Positions 20,278 to 29,398 of a DNA stretch of 54,818 bases are shown piece by piece. Origin of the DNA: a virus (Duplodnaviria; Caudoviricetes). The notes under the pieces were generated by a model. That model was not told the origin of the DNA, did not search any database, and saw only the letters and a list, made by a program, of their open reading frames with translations. The stretch lies in IMG/VR virus record IMGVR_UViG_3300008113_010961, positions 1 through 54,818 of that record; one strand, given 5' to 3'. A program made the position numbers and the translations under genes. Positions within the stretch are counted from its first letter, which is position 1. Each line of letters starts with the position of its first letter.

Positions 20278-20510
20278 TCTTGCATTTGGTCGAATTTTAT
20301 CATATGCCTGCACTTGCTTAAAAATTCGTCCAATTGTTTTGGCTTCAATCCCAAAACCCTACAAGCACCGCTTTTATTGAGTCTGCCTTTTTTAGTGTAT
20401 ACTTTGCTTTCATTCAATAAAAGTGCTTCTATTTGTTTGCCTAGTCCGCTCTTTTCAAGAATGTCTAGTATCTCTTGTCTTTCTATAAGATCTACAAAAT
20501 TATTTTTCAT
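20274..20510 (-). CDS. Small HTH-like DNA-binding protein
   Basis: NKSGACRVLGLKPKQL resembles a helix-turn-helix; co-oriented directly downstream of the sigma gene. Confidence 0.5.
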   Translation of the reverse strand: MKNNFVDLIERQEILDILEKSGLGKQIEALLLNESKVYTKKGRLNKSGACRVLGLKPKQLDEFLSKCRHMIKFDQMQD

Positions 20511-20526
20511 ATAGAATTATACTCAT

Positions 20527-21048
20527 CTAGTGATTTTTCTTTTTCTCTTTTTTCCTACCAGTCATAACTGGATTACCATTCTTGATAGCAAATATTTTAC
20601 TATACTTCTTTTTAAGCTCATTATAGTTTTTAGCTGTACGCCATAGTTGTCTAAAGTGATTAAGTATGCAAGTTGTCATGTAATTGAAAGCTTTACCCTT
20701 GCTTGGGTCAAATTTTTCTACTCTTTCAAAGCAAATGAGGACACCTTCTTGTATTGCATCATCCTCATCGATGTTGCTAAATTTTGCATACCTTACTATA
20801 TTTTTAGACAAGGTATAAAATGCATCTGCTAGAATTTTTTGTGCAGAAGTTAAATCTGTGCTGGCCTGAGACAACTCAGATTGTTCTAGTATTAGTGGTA
20901 TAATCATACAGCTTTTGTTTTGTATTTTTATTAGTTGAGTATTAAAATCTTCTAGTAGGATTTTGAACTTATTTTGTTGTTTTTTGGCTGTTTGGAATCG
21001 TATGATTATTGATTCGAAACTTTTGTTGTTTAAATATTCTGATGACAT
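20527..21048 (-). CDS. Late-transcription sigma factor (T4 gp55-like)
   Basis: YLNNK N-terminus, FSNIDEDDAIQEG...KFDPSKGKAFNYMTTCILNHF sigma region 2, no region 4, as in T4 gp55. Confidence 0.75.
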   Translation of the reverse strand: MSSEYLNNKSFESIIIRFQTAKKQQNKFKILLEDFNTQLIKIQNKSCMIIPLILEQSELSQASTDLTSAQKILADAFYTLSKNIVRYAKFSNIDEDDAIQEGVLICFERVEKFDPSKGKAFNYMTTCILNHFRQLWRTAKNYNELKKKYSKIFAIKNGNPVMTGRKKEKKKNH

Positions 21049-21079
21049 ATACTTATAATATTAAGTAATATATTATTTT

Positions 21080-21808
21080 ATGCAAACTTTTTTAGCAATT
21101 CCTTCTGAGTCTTCTAAAGACATTCGTTTGCAAAACGAAAAATTTTGCGCCAATTTTATTGAATACGGTAAAAAAGATGACTTGGATCGATCCAAGAAAC
21201 TAATTATTTTAGAAAAAAATGAGTACATATTATCCTGTAAAGATATAGAAAATTGTAATTTAGCTTGTATTATGGATGGTAGCTGGATGACGAAGGAGCC
21301 ACGATTTCTTAACTTCCCGAAAAAAACCGAAGAAGTTTTGCCGGTAATAATCAAAAGCGAGAAAATAGAACAGCCTATTATTCAAGATAAAAGCTTAAGA
21401 AATCTTTATAAACAGAAGAACTTTGCAGAATTTGCTAATTTAGCAGAAAAGTTTATTTTTGAACACGGACATAAAAATGACTTATTTATACTTTACTATC
21501 TCAGTATAATTTATTATTACAAGCTGGATAAGCTTAGGGATGCACAAGATAAACTAGCTTTGTTGCTTGGAGAAAATGATAATTTAGCAGAGGCTTGGTG
21601 TTTACTTGGGGATTATTTTTTAAGTTCGAGACAGCTTAATGATGCAAAAAAAGCTTTTGAATTGGCCATAGAGAAAGGTCGCAACAGGAACATTTACGAT
21701 GATCTTCCAATATGGCCAATTAAATATGATACCTATCCAAACAAAAGATTACTAGAAATAAGATGTTTACTTGACTCTACAAAAGTTCTATCAGTAAACA
21801 ATTTCTAG
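21080..21808 (+). CDS. TPR-containing hypothetical protein
   Basis: AEAWCLLGDYF...AKKAFELAI TPR motif. Confidence 0.6.
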   Translation: MQTFLAIPSESSKDIRLQNEKFCANFIEYGKKDDLDRSKKLIILEKNEYILSCKDIENCNLACIMDGSWMTKEPRFLNFPKKTEEVLPVIIKSEKIEQPIIQDKSLRNLYKQKNFAEFANLAEKFIFEHGHKNDLFILYYLSIIYYYKLDKLRDAQDKLALLLGENDNLAEAWCLLGDYFLSSRQLNDAKKAFELAIEKGRNRNIYDDLPIWPIKYDTYPNKRLLEIRCLLDSTKVLSVNNF

Positions 21809-22192
21809 TTCATTAATCAAAACTGTTACCTGATCTTCCCATCTTGCCAAAGTCACTTGTTTCCTGCCAGCAGGTAACTTTTTCATAGTTTCCTCAAGTT
21901 CACCTATTGAACAGTTAATTACCTTGAAACTATTTTGGGCAAGTCTTCTGGTCTGCTCTTTAACTTGTTCATCTGGATTTACGTAGGACTTATCAGGATA
22001 ATACGCAGTAATTTGCTCTTTTGCTTCTGACAAAATTTGTTGATAAATTTTGAGATTGCAAGAGCAATTAGGATTGGACAAGAATTTCTGCACGGGCTCT
22101 TGCAATGAGGCTGGAAGAGTGCTACGAAACTTCTCGTCTTTTAGGGCATTCTTTACATCAAGAACTGATATCGGGCCTGCTGACATTTTCAA
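21791..22192 (-). CDS. Hypothetical protein (CxC motif)
   Basis: 133-aa ORF containing NPNCSCN. Confidence 0.6.
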   Translation of the reverse strand: MKMSAGPISVLDVKNALKDEKFRSTLPASLQEPVQKFLSNPNCSCNLKIYQQILSEAKEQITAYYPDKSYVNPDEQVKEQTRRLAQNSFKVINCSIGELEETMKKLPAGRKQVTLARWEDQVTVLINELEIVY

Positions 22193-22400
22193 TCTCCTTC
22201 ATTGTATGACCACATACGACGCACTTATAAATCTTTTTTTGCGGTATCATTTTAGATTCCGTCTTTTGTTCAAATGGCTTAGCATGATCAAAAAAAGGCG
22301 GTTTCTTTTGCAAAACGCTTCTTTCATACTGAACTAACATTTCAGCAGGCAAGAAGTATTTTTTTGTGCAATTCTGACACCAAAAAGCTTTGTTTTCCAT
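22158..22400 (-). CDS. Zinc-ribbon protein
   Basis: CQNC ... CVVCG pairs. Confidence 0.6.
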   Translation of the reverse strand: MENKAFWCQNCTKKYFLPAEMLVQYERSVLQKKPPFFDHAKPFEQKTESKMIPQKKIYKCVVCGHTMKEIENVSRPDISS

Positions 22401-22401
22401 G

Positions 22402-22740
22402 TTACTGATTTATACTAGTTTTGGATTCAATAAAAAGCATAAGCGTTGCCCAAAATACTGCCAATAATGATACTGAGCAACCTGTTGCAAAATTCTTTCC
22501 AAAATTATACAAGCTAAGTGACCAATCACCGCTTGCATCCACTGGGTTAAGGAAGAAAAGACTTACAAAAAGTCCACTCCAGAAGCCACAGCACTGATGG
22601 CAATCAAGCATTGTCATAAAAAATTTGGGCATAAACTTCTTTAAGAAATCTTTAATAGGTAGAAAAATAGTGCCCTCAACAATAATTGTTGTCATGCCTA
22701 CCCCACCCAACAACATTAATAGCAACAAACTTAACGCCAT
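22402..22740 (-). CDS. DUF1360-like membrane protein
   Basis: Hydrophobic helices with IF.PI and CHQCCGFWSG motifs. Confidence 0.6.
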   Translation of the reverse strand: MALSLLLLMLLGGVGMTTIIVEGTIFLPIKDFLKKFMPKFFMTMLDCHQCCGFWSGLFVSLFFLNPVDASGDWSLSLYNFGKNFATGCSVSLLAVFWATLMLFIESKTSINQ

Positions 22741-23099
22741 AGTAACACCCTTATTTCCTTTCCTTTTCTGTATAAAACAGTCTCTGTATAATTAGAGACA
22801 TCTTCTATTAAAAATTCAAGTTTATCTATATCTGTTTTAAAAAATTTAGTATGATTATATGCTAAACTTGGCACAGATACTTCAACGTTCAATTCATCTC
22901 TTATTATTTTTAGATCATCTTCTGTGACCAAACTTGAAAAGTCTAACAAACATCTGGTTGCCAAAGATTTAAGACTGGGAGAAGATTGAGCTATTCTCCA
23001 ACCGTCAAATAAAAATTTGTATTTAGGCAGCTTGCTTTGTATAATTTTATTAGAGAATACAAAATCTTCTAGTTCTTTTATAGAAAGATTTTTTTTCAT
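22731..23099 (-). CDS. Hypothetical protein
   Basis: 122-aa ORF at the head of a minus-strand operon. Confidence 0.6.
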   Translation of the reverse strand: MKKNLSIKELEDFVFSNKIIQSKLPKYKFLFDGWRIAQSSPSLKSLATRCLLDFSSLVTEDDLKIIRDELNVEVSVPSLAYNHTKFFKTDIDKLEFLIEDVSNYTETVLYRKGKEIRVLLWR

Positions 23100-23134
23100 A
23101 CTATATTATATGAAACTATCAAGGAGAATTTATA

Positions 23135-24154
23135 ATGGCTGAAGCTTTTCCACCGAATTTCCCGAATCCTAATCAAGAAGGCGGAACGCCTCCAGCAGGT
23201 GTTCAGATTACTGGCAATGTTCCACCAGAACTCTTAGCCAAGATCAGACAACAAGATACGCAGGGACCAGCTCCTGCATCGATGCCAGCACAAGCTGTCG
23301 TTCCTCCTCAGGCTTTTAGCAATTCCGGAGCAAGTCAGTTCAAGCAGGGTAATGCAACTTTAGATGCTATCTTGAATAAGCTTCGTCAGCAAAGTAATGT
23401 TTATGAAGAAGTTGTATTGCCAAGTTTGGGACGCTTTTACAACGGTACCGATGGCCCTGTGGATGGGAAACTCCACATTCGCCCAATGTGTGGCGAGGAG
23501 GAACAAATCCTAGCTACCCCTCGTTTTGTGAGAAAGGGGCAGGCTATTGACATGATTTTTAGCCGCTGTATCCAAGAGCCTTTCAAGGCTGCCGATCTAC
23601 TTTCAGCTGATCGTACATTCCTGTTGATTTATCTTCGTGGTATTTCTTACGGCAGCGAATACGAAGTAGAAGTAAAAGACCCTGAGTCAGATCGCAAGTT
23701 TTCAACTGTTATCGATTTGGACGGTTTGGTTAAGAATTTGTGCCCAGCCGATTTCGGACCAGTTCTGTCAGATACGTTACCAAAGAGCGGTCTTTCTTTC
23801 ACCTACAGATTGTCAAGAGGTAAAGATGAGACGGAGCTACAGGAATATCGTGAACGCCGTCTAAAGCAGTTTGGTGACAATGCTGCCGATGATACGCTTC
23901 TTTTCCGTAGCACTCAATTGGTAGAGTCAATTTCAGATATCGTTGATAAGACTGAAATTCAGATCATTCTCCGTAATTTGCCAATTCAAGACCTGTCTTA
24001 CTTGCGTCAAGTTGTCAATGAGCCACCATTTGGCGTAGATACGAAGGTGCCAATCGTATCACCCTTGACCAGCGAGGAATTTGAGGTGGATCTCCCTTTG
24101 GAATCGGCCTTTTTCTTCCCCCGCCGCAAGAAGAAGGCTCCGAACCTAGTATAA
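23135..24154 (+). CDS. Baseplate hub / tail assembly chaperone (T4 gp26-like)
   Basis: VVLPSLGRFY, IRPM..EEEQILAT, DRTFLLIYLRGISYG, C-terminal SAFFFP; AAGGAG RBS. Confidence 0.75.
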   Translation: MAEAFPPNFPNPNQEGGTPPAGVQITGNVPPELLAKIRQQDTQGPAPASMPAQAVVPPQAFSNSGASQFKQGNATLDAILNKLRQQSNVYEEVVLPSLGRFYNGTDGPVDGKLHIRPMCGEEEQILATPRFVRKGQAIDMIFSRCIQEPFKAADLLSADRTFLLIYLRGISYGSEYEVEVKDPESDRKFSTVIDLDGLVKNLCPADFGPVLSDTLPKSGLSFTYRLSRGKDETELQEYRERRLKQFGDNAADDTLLFRSTQLVESISDIVDKTEIQIILRNLPIQDLSYLRQVVNEPPFGVDTKVPIVSPLTSEEFEVDLPLESAFFFPRRKKKAPNLV

Positions 24155-24171
24155 TTCTTTGGAAAAATCTC

Positions 24172-24339
24172 ATGGATGAGATTTTCTTTTTTATGTACCA
24201 TATGCACCAGACCAAGGAACAGGTCATGTCTCTGCCTATTGTTGAAAGACGCTACATCATAGATAAATTTGTCCAGCAAAAGAATTTAGAGAAAGAAGAG
24301 ATAGATAAAGCTAAGCGACAGGCAAATAGGAGAAAGTAA
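24172..24339 (+). CDS. Baseplate hub assembly catalyst (T4 gp51-like), 55 aa; possibly the -1 frameshift extension of the upstream gene
   Basis: MDEIFFFMYHMHQTKEQVMSLPIVERRYIIDKFVQQKNLEKEEI; below the ORF-track cutoff; this frame is open back to 24085. Confidence 0.65.
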   Translation: MDEIFFFMYHMHQTKEQVMSLPIVERRYIIDKFVQQKNLEKEEIDKAKRQANRRK

Positions 24340-24341
24340 AA

Positions 24342-25091
24342 GTGCAGCAAATCAAAGAACGTTACCAAAACCCAACCGTAGACGAAGAAGTTCGTCTACG
24401 TATGTATTTCTACAATAGCAACTTATTTTCAAACGTTTACCAAATTAAAGAAGTAAACATATTTTACATTCCACAAGGATTTTCAGCGCAAGATATCGGC
24501 GCAAGAGAACTTGTACAAACAATTCCCGGCAGCCAAGTTGTCAATGAAGCAATTGGCAAATATTACGTAGACATCTACACAACTGACGGTACTTACGTTG
24601 TTGGTAATTACACCGATGTTTGGACTGTAAATTTTGTTAATGATAATGAAGGTTTGTCTGAAATTGCAAACCTTTTTACCATTTATCCAACACTTTGGTA
24701 CTCAACTCCGGTTCCTGTAGTTTATGACTTTAACTTCATTTTTAGACCAAGCCAAATCAGAATCGGAAGCCGTCAATATTTGATTATTCAAATCACTCCT
24801 AATGTTCCAAAAGGAACAGACCTGCAACGCTATTATGAAAACTTGGCCATCTTAGGTAATGTAATGGTCTCCATAGAAAAAAGATGCGCTCCTTGCTTGC
24901 CACAAGAACAAGACCTCAGGTTAATTGTTGACAAAGAACCTGTTGAAATCAGAGAAAAAATGTTTGGTTATTATCATTTGGATACAGACAAATGCGGATT
25001 TGAAGTTGGAATTTACGATATTTGGTTCCAATTAGACATGGGCGATAACAGTTACATTTCCCCTCGTATGCAATTGCAAATTTACCCTTGA
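24342..25091 (+). CDS. Beta-rich putative baseplate/virion structural protein
   Basis: Two tandem Ig-like beta-sandwich repeats (GKYYVD...GNYTDVW and GYYHLDT...GIYDIWF); GTG start after AGGAG. Confidence 0.55.
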   Translation: MQQIKERYQNPTVDEEVRLRMYFYNSNLFSNVYQIKEVNIFYIPQGFSAQDIGARELVQTIPGSQVVNEAIGKYYVDIYTTDGTYVVGNYTDVWTVNFVNDNEGLSEIANLFTIYPTLWYSTPVPVVYDFNFIFRPSQIRIGSRQYLIIQITPNVPKGTDLQRYYENLAILGNVMVSIEKRCAPCLPQEQDLRLIVDKEPVEIREKMFGYYHLDTDKCGFEVGIYDIWFQLDMGDNSYISPRMQLQIYP

Positions 25092-25142
25092 TTTTAAGCA
25101 CAATTTCTCTTACCTTTCTGCTACCCAACGCAAGGAGAAGAG

Positions 25143-26570
25143 ATGTCCACAGACAAGAAATTAGACTTTTGGTTCAAGCATGGGCGCAATGTTTTATTTG
25201 TTGGTAAACATGGCTGTGGAAAAACTGCGAGTATTAAATGCTGTTTCGAAAGAAATGGCTTAATTCATAACAAAACATATTTGTACTTTAGCGCCAGCAC
25301 TTTAGATCCTTGGGTGGATCTTGTGGGCGTTCCAGAGAAAGTAGAAAAGGACGGCAAAGTTTTCCTTGAACTAGTTCGTCCTAAAGCTTTGGCTTCAGGA
25401 GAAGTAGAAGCTATCTTCTTTGATGAATTTAACAGAGCACCTAAAAAGGTCAGAAATGCCGTCATGGAATTGATGCAGTTCAAAAGCATCAACGGCATGG
25501 TATTTCCTAATTTGAAATGTGTTTGGGCAGCAATTAATCCAGAAGAAGAAGATACCTATGATGTTGAAAAAATTGATCCGGCGCAAAAGGACAGATTTCA
25601 CATTATTCAAAACATTCCATACAAGCCTAATAAGGAATGGTTTATCACTAGGTACGGTGAAGACACAGCTATTTCTGCCATAGAATGGTGGAATGATTTG
25701 CCAGATGAAGAAAAAAACAAGATCAGTCCTAGAAGATTGGAATATGCACTCAACGAATTTGAGATTGGTGGTTCATTGCAAGATGTTTTGCCATCGACAT
25801 CTAATGTTAACAAGTTGGTGCAGGCTCTCAAAAATGGCCCTGTAGAAGCTAAACTTACATTTCTTTACGAACAAAAAGACAATGTAAAGACTAAACAATT
25901 TTTGGCGAATGATAACAACTTTTCAGCTTCAGTAAAACACATTGTTGGCAATGAGGACTATTTATCTTATTTTGTTCCTCTTATGCCTAAAGAGCGTATA
26001 GTCGCTCTTATGTCAGAGTATTCACAGGTATGCAGAAGTGTTTGCCATATTGCGCAATCTAACAAAGAAATGTGGAATTTATTACGTGAAATCGTAATGG
26101 CAGGACAAGATGAAAAGCTTGTCAAGTTGTTGCATCGTTACGTTGCTGATGATGATAACTTGCCTATTAAAGATACAACCAGCGAAGAACCTGAAAAGCC
26201 TCAGTTCTTAGCTTCTCCTCACAAAATTTCCTATGCAAATTTTATTGGAATGACTTGCATTCCTTCAGCCAGCGTAGACAATTACTTTCATCAAATAAAA
26301 CAAAGCTTATCAAAATATATGACAGAAGACGATGCCTTGAATTGTCTGTTGGCTTTGGGTGAAATTACCAAAGACAGTTGGGCCACCTGTTTTATGCGTC
26401 CTGAATTCAAAGGCATATTGGGAGTAATTAATCACTGTCTGCAAGTTTTAAAAGACACCAATAAGTATACCAACGTACTCGAAGCTCTTATAACGGAACA
26501 CAGAGTTATTAGCAAATTGTTTATAAAGTTGCAACAAGCAAATATGTTCAAAAACGTTTTGAGGGTATAG
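25143..26570 (+). CDS. AAA+ ATPase (MoxR/AAA_5-like)
   Basis: Walker A GKHGCGKT, Walker B IFFDEFNRA, sensor AAINP, DPAQKDRF. Confidence 0.85.
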   Translation: MSTDKKLDFWFKHGRNVLFVGKHGCGKTASIKCCFERNGLIHNKTYLYFSASTLDPWVDLVGVPEKVEKDGKVFLELVRPKALASGEVEAIFFDEFNRAPKKVRNAVMELMQFKSINGMVFPNLKCVWAAINPEEEDTYDVEKIDPAQKDRFHIIQNIPYKPNKEWFITRYGEDTAISAIEWWNDLPDEEKNKISPRRLEYALNEFEIGGSLQDVLPSTSNVNKLVQALKNGPVEAKLTFLYEQKDNVKTKQFLANDNNFSASVKHIVGNEDYLSYFVPLMPKERIVALMSEYSQVCRSVCHIAQSNKEMWNLLREIVMAGQDEKLVKLLHRYVADDDNLPIKDTTSEEPEKPQFLASPHKISYANFIGMTCIPSASVDNYFHQIKQSLSKYMTEDDALNCLLALGEITKDSWATCFMRPEFKGILGVINHCLQVLKDTNKYTNVLEALITEHRVISKLFIKLQQANMFKNVLRV

Positions 26571-26572
26571 CC

Positions 26573-27826
26573 ATGGAAAGAATGAAAGATGCGGAGTGGC
26601 AAGATATATGCCAGAATCTATTAGACCATCATTCTCTTTTCTACAAACTAGGAGAAATGGGAAGACCATTTTTTACAGATTCCATTCCAACTGCATGTGT
26701 CACATTTGATAAGTCAGGTAAGTTCTTGAATTTTCTATTTAATCCAGAATTTTGGGAGAAGTCCACGGATTACGAAAAAAGATTCGTTATCTGCCATGAA
26801 GCATTACATCTGATTTTGTCACATGGGAAAAGATTTGCAGATTCCAAAGACTCCGTGGCAGCTAACTACGCTATGGATGTTGTTGTAAACCATAGCTTGG
26901 TTAATAGATTCGGCTTTGTTAGGGAAGAAATATCAGGATGGGAAGACTATTGCTGGGTCGATACATTATTTAAGGGTAAAAAAGTAAATAATTTAGATAT
27001 ACCAGAAGATGAGACAGCTGAATACTACCTTAACCTTCTCAAAAGATTTTACCCAAATGAGAAAAATATAAAGCAATTTTCATTGGTAGATTCACACAAT
27101 TTCACCGATGATGAAATGAAAGAAATATTTGAAGCTTTGAGTGACTATCTTAGTGACGAGGAAAAAGAATCATTACGTAAGTTTTGTGATAAACAAAACC
27201 CCAACTCCAAAGCTGGCAAAAGCCAAGGCAGCGGTCTTTATTTTGTTCCAAAAGCCAAAGTGGTTGAAGTTAGAAAATGGGAATCTGTTATTCAGAAATG
27301 GACAAAATTACAACTTCTAGATTCAGAAAAAGTAAATGATCAGTGGGCCAGAAAGCATCGTAGATTTTCTATGATCAAATCTGATATGTTTCTGCCAAGT
27401 GAACTTGATGTCGAAGAAATGTCTTTAGAAAAGAACAAATTAAATGTATACTTTTTTTGTGATACAAGTGGCAGCTGTTGGCATCTAAAAGATAGGTTTT
27501 TTAAAGCTGCTGAATCTTTGCCAAAAAAGTTTTTTGATGTACAACTCTATTGCTTTGATACCGTGGTATATGAAACTGACTTGAAACAGAGAAAAATGTA
27601 CGGAGGCGGAGGAACATCATTTGATATAATCGAAACATTTATCCTTAAAGACTGCAGAGACAAAGGAATTCCCTATCCTGATTCTGTATGGGTTATCACA
27701 GATGGACATGGAGATGCAATAAACCCTGCACAGCCACAAAATTGGCATTGGTTTATATCTGAACATGGGACAACAAGATTTGTGCCCACGAAGAGCAAAT
27801 TTTATGATTTGTCAGATTTCTGTTGA
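26573..27826 (+). CDS. Metallopeptidase + VWA domain protein (DUF2201-like)
   Basis: PTACV, HEALH zincin motif, NYAMD..VN, MIDAS DTSGS, GGGGTSF, VITDG. Confidence 0.8.
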   Translation: MERMKDAEWQDICQNLLDHHSLFYKLGEMGRPFFTDSIPTACVTFDKSGKFLNFLFNPEFWEKSTDYEKRFVICHEALHLILSHGKRFADSKDSVAANYAMDVVVNHSLVNRFGFVREEISGWEDYCWVDTLFKGKKVNNLDIPEDETAEYYLNLLKRFYPNEKNIKQFSLVDSHNFTDDEMKEIFEALSDYLSDEEKESLRKFCDKQNPNSKAGKSQGSGLYFVPKAKVVEVRKWESVIQKWTKLQLLDSEKVNDQWARKHRRFSMIKSDMFLPSELDVEEMSLEKNKLNVYFFCDTSGSCWHLKDRFFKAAESLPKKFFDVQLYCFDTVVYETDLKQRKMYGGGGTSFDIIETFILKDCRDKGIPYPDSVWVITDGHGDAINPAQPQNWHWFISEHGTTRFVPTKSKFYDLSDFC

Positions 27827-28356
27827 TCTTCAAAGAAGTACTTGTCCGGTAACTTGAGGAATTCTCTGAGAGGTATACAGGTGTAATCCCTGTATTGCAG
27901 ACTGTAATTATACTGACCTTCAAGTATTGTGGTTTTGCAAAACACTAACCACGGCTTTCTGTCCCTTTTATAAAATAACAACGGTGGTCTTCCACATCTT
28001 TTACTGTCATCCTCTACTTGCTTAATAAATTCATCTAAGTCTGCTATGCTGCCGTCTATAGCCGAACTTAATTCAATTTTGTTGTAGCCTCCTTTGCTTT
28101 CACATACAAAACGGAAATTTTCCGGACAAACCAAATCGCCAGTAAAAGAATCTATGGCATGTTTGGGCATGTCTTTGATGCTGCCCCAACGGTTACCACT
28201 TCCAACTGATCTGCTAAAACCTTTACCAAATCTATCGTTGAGAAACGCAACAAGTTCTCTTTCTACTCTCTTGCCTTTTCTGCAACCGTTTGTACGCTTA
28301 GTCTTAGGCTTAAATTTCTCTATGTGAAAGGTATCTTCTATCTCATCAAAATTCAT
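27802..28356 (-). CDS. Holliday junction resolvase (PD-(D/E)XK, Hjc-like)
   Basis: KGKRVERE, GDL, ESK, PLLFYKRDRKPW. Confidence 0.7.
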   Translation of the reverse strand: MNFDEIEDTFHIEKFKPKTKRTNGCRKGKRVERELVAFLNDRFGKGFSRSVGSGNRWGSIKDMPKHAIDSFTGDLVCPENFRFVCESKGGYNKIELSSAIDGSIADLDEFIKQVEDDSKRCGRPPLLFYKRDRKPWLVFCKTTILEGQYNYSLQYRDYTCIPLREFLKLPDKYFFEDQQKSDKS

Positions 28357-29396
28357 CAGTCCCCCAAGGTTCTATTTAATAGGTCACACCTTTTATTCAT
28401 CTCTTTGAGGAAGTTGAAAACACTATTTATTTTTTGTTTATCACCTTGTTTATTCTCAAGTTTTTGAATCTTGTCATTAATAGAGTTACATGTTTGTTTC
28501 AATTTTTCAGACATTCCTAAAATAACATCCAAAATGTCTTCATTTTTCTGTACGCTTACGAGATTTTTCCACAGACTTTTATCATTTTTTATTGGATGAT
28601 ATTCCGTTTCGAAATTCTCCATGTTTTGCCAATCAACACTGAAGGAATATTCGCTTAAATCTAATTTAGAATTTTCATCCAACATTAACTCAATATAATT
28701 GTTATGTGGAATTTCATATAATTTGTAATTTCTTATTCTAGTTTTTATCAAATCTAAACTTTCAAAAAATATTGCAGGTGTGCTGCAAAAGAATATTTGA
28801 CCAAGTTCTTCTAGCAAATTAACCAACACAAGAGGCCTGTGCTCATTTCTAAACAAGTGAAGCTTTCTGGATTTCTCTTCTGCTTCGGCGTAAGCAACAG
28901 CATAGTGGCTATCCCTGCTGTTATACAAGAAGCTTTTTGCTTTGTTTATAAATGATTCTTCTTGCTCTAGGATTCTTAAGAATATTTCTGAGTCACATTC
29001 TGTTTCTACTTCATAATAGGTCTTTAAATAATCATATTCTTTACGACTTATAACCCCGTTATGTATCACTGCTTTCTTATTACACTTGCTAACGAATGGA
29101 TGATTGTTTTCATTGTATGCCGGAATGCCAACTCCCACTGAAGCAGCTCTGCAATGAAATAGCCCTAAATTGGTAGGCTTTTTCCAAATGCTTTTGTATT
29201 CATCTAATTGAATAAACTCAGTTGCAGGTACTGGTTTCTTGTAATAAGATATTGTTTTCTCAGGATAACTTGTAACGCAATAAAACCCAGAGGCATCCAA
29301 ACCTCTGGACTGCGTCTTAACAAATAAAGCAGTGCTTAAGTCTTCAGTCAATTCATTGTTTTTGCTACTGCCAATAAAACCAAATAATCCACACAT
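28356..29396 (-). CDS. Class II (Ntn) glutamine amidotransferase-like protein
   Basis: MCGLFG N-terminal Cys, RGLDASG, HCRAAS, NNHPF, HNG, CDSE. Confidence 0.8.
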   Translation of the reverse strand: MCGLFGFIGSSKNNELTEDLSTALFVKTQSRGLDASGFYCVTSYPEKTISYYKKPVPATEFIQLDEYKSIWKKPTNLGLFHCRAASVGVGIPAYNENNHPFVSKCNKKAVIHNGVISRKEYDYLKTYYEVETECDSEIFLRILEQEESFINKAKSFLYNSRDSHYAVAYAEAEEKSRKLHLFRNEHRPLVLVNLLEELGQIFFCSTPAIFFESLDLIKTRIRNYKLYEIPHNNYIELMLDENSKLDLSEYSFSVDWQNMENFETEYHPIKNDKSLWKNLVSVQKNEDILDVILGMSEKLKQTCNSINDKIQKLENKQGDKQKINSVFNFLKEMNKRCDLLNRTLGD

Positions 29397-29398
29397 GG

